A stretch of 64,000 nt of DNA from Octopus vulgaris (Eukaryota), in NCBI GenBank assembly GCA_951406725.2, contig OX597815.1, positions 50,468,001-50,532,000 on the forward strand, given 5' to 3'. Both the position numbers and the translations under genes were made by a program. The notes under the pieces are model-generated. The model ran no database searches. It had not been told where the DNA came from and saw nothing but the letters and a program-made list of their open reading frames with translations. Shown one piece after another: positions 62,099 through 64,000 of this stretch (position 1 is its first letter; each line of letters opens with the position of its first letter).

Positions 62099-63619
62099 GA
62101 GGAAAACTAGTTAAGAGTAACAACATCACACTAGATAAAACCAATGAAATAAAAGAATTAGACCAAAGTCAAACTTACAAATACTTAGGAATCCATGAAC
62201 TAGATAAGACACAACACACACAAATGAAAGAGAAAATAAAAAAAAGAATATTATAGACGAGTTAGATCAATACTAAACACAGAGCTCAATGCTAAAAACA
62301 AGATAATAGGTATCAACACTTTAGCTGTCCCAGTTATAAGTTACAGCTACAATATCCTTAACTGGACACGAAATGAACTGACCAAAATAGATAGGAAAAC
62401 AAGAAAAATAATGACAGGATCTAGGATGCATCACCCAAAATCTGACATAGAAAGACTATATATACAACGTATAGAAGGTGGTAGAGGCCTTATACAGCTG
62501 GAAAACTACTATAAAATAACCACCATAGGACTGCAAAAATATCTACTTCAGAAGGAAGGAAAACTGATCCAGATAGCGGCAAAACACAAGCAAAACAAAA
62601 AACTGTTCTCAGTATTTAAGGAAGCTGACAAATACAAACAAGAAATCATACCACCTAATAAACATGAAGAAGAAGAAGAAGATGAAGAAACAACAAAAGC
62701 TATAAAACAAATGAAATCCAAACTAAAAATAGAACAGCAACGAACCATGATAAAACGATGGCAAGAAAAGCCCCTTCATGGTAAATACTGGACTAAACTA
62801 AACGCAAAAGAAATAGACAAAGAAAAATCCCAGCAATGGTTGAGAAGCTCAGGACTCAAAGCAGAAACAGAGGGATTTTTAATTGCAGCACAAGACCAAA
62901 GCCTCCCCACCAGAAATTACCAAAAACATGTAATGAAAAGAAATATTACAAGTAACTGCAGAATATGTGGAGATGGACAAGAAACAATAAATCATATTAT
63001 CTCTAGCTGCCCAGTCCTGGCTAAGAAGGAATATATTTACAGGCATGACAGAGTTGGAACCTACATACATTGGAAGCTATGCCAACATTATGGAATAACA
63101 ACAGAAAAAAGATGGTATAGGCACACACCAGAAAAGGTCACAGAAAACGAGAAAGCAACCATACTCTGGGATATGCCGATACACACAGATAGAGAAATTA
63201 AGGCCAACAGACCAGATATAGTTGTCAGAGATCATGAAGAAAAAAATGCTTTCTAATTGATGTATCAATACCGGCTGATGACAACGTGTCTCTAAAAGAA
63301 ATGGAGAAACTCTCAAAATACAAAGACCTGGAAATAGAGGTAACCAGAATGTGGAATCTGAAAACATAAACAATTCCTATCATAGTAGGTGCATTAGGCA
63401 TGATAAAAAAATATTCAGACAAATACATAACAAAAACACCAGGACTTACAAACACATATAACATACAGAAAATTGCACTACTAGGCACTGCACACATCCT
63501 ACGCAGAACACTTTCCATACAATAACCATCAGAGCATCACAACAAATCACAGCACATACCCAAGGCACACAGAGCTGCGCTCGGTAGTGAAGTGAAAGCA
63601 CGCTATAAAAATAAAACTA

Positions 63620-63622
<3 letters not shown>
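62096..63622 (+). mobile_element. 5'-truncated R4/Dong-like non-LTR retrotransposon (RT end, CCHC finger, restriction-like endonuclease) in an (AAT)n array
   Basis: YKYLGI, GGRGL, AAQDQSL, CRICGDGQETINHIISSC, RHD, RPDIVV...IDVSIP...KLSKY, PIIVGALG; frameshifts in A-runs near 62240 and 63245; (AAT)n on both sides. Confidence 0.92.
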
Positions 63623-63656
<34 letters not shown>

Positions 63657-63657
<1 letters not shown>

Positions 63658-63885
63658 AAACTGTAAAGGTCATGCTTTTAATAATTGGTGCATTGGGAAT
63701 TACAATAGAATGCCCTGTAGAGCTCCTACAGAAAGTTTGTCTCTTAGGGACAGCAAGGATTATCAGGAGGGTACTAAGCACTTGAAAGACTACTGAAAAC
63801 TTGTGGTCACCTAAGGATACAGGTAGCAACCTGCTAGCCACATAAATCCTATCAGGAATAAGACCAAATCTGAGTCAAACTAAAA
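63657..63885 (+). mobile_element. Short R4/Dong-like 3' fragment of another subfamily
   Basis: VMLLIIGALGI...LQKVCLLGTARIIRRVLST* followed by a UTR and (AAT)n/(GAT)n. Confidence 0.7.
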
Positions 63886-64000
63886 TAATAATAATAATGA
63901 TGATGATGATGTTGATGATACTAATAATAATAATAATAATAATAATGATAATAATAATAATAAATACTGTCATACCATACATCCAGACGGAGGACATAAC

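Overview
AT-rich eukaryotic non-coding DNA (intergenic or a very large intron) saturated with microsatellites and transposon remnants. The repeat content is strongly suggestive of an octopus/coleoid cephalopod genome (inference from repeat families, not from a database search). No host protein-coding exon can be supported; almost all ORFs in the supplied track are microsatellite or SINE artefacts. Supported content: about 20 copies of a tRNA-derived SINE with an internal microsatellite (family A), about 8 copies of a second SINE (family B), several CORE-type SINEs, RTE-clade LINE fragments (one nested inside a CR1/L2-type LINE), R4/Dong-like restriction-endonuclease LINE fragments in (AAT)n arrays, a Tx1/L1-like ORF1-only remnant, a Penelope GIY-YIG fragment and piggyBac-like and hAT-like MITEs. 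The most notable observation is a set of nine short elements from about seven unrelated sequence families carrying minimal type I hammerhead-ribozyme motifs (CUGANGA...GAAA...NUH with a palindromic helix III). Two have intact cores and three sit inside long fold-back palindromes, consistent with a diverse retrozyme-like, Penelope-dependent element system. A second notable signal is a structurally conserved 3' hairpin shared by SINE family A and a CR1-type LINE. All structures were paired by eye and boundaries are approximate unless a TSD or TIR is quoted.
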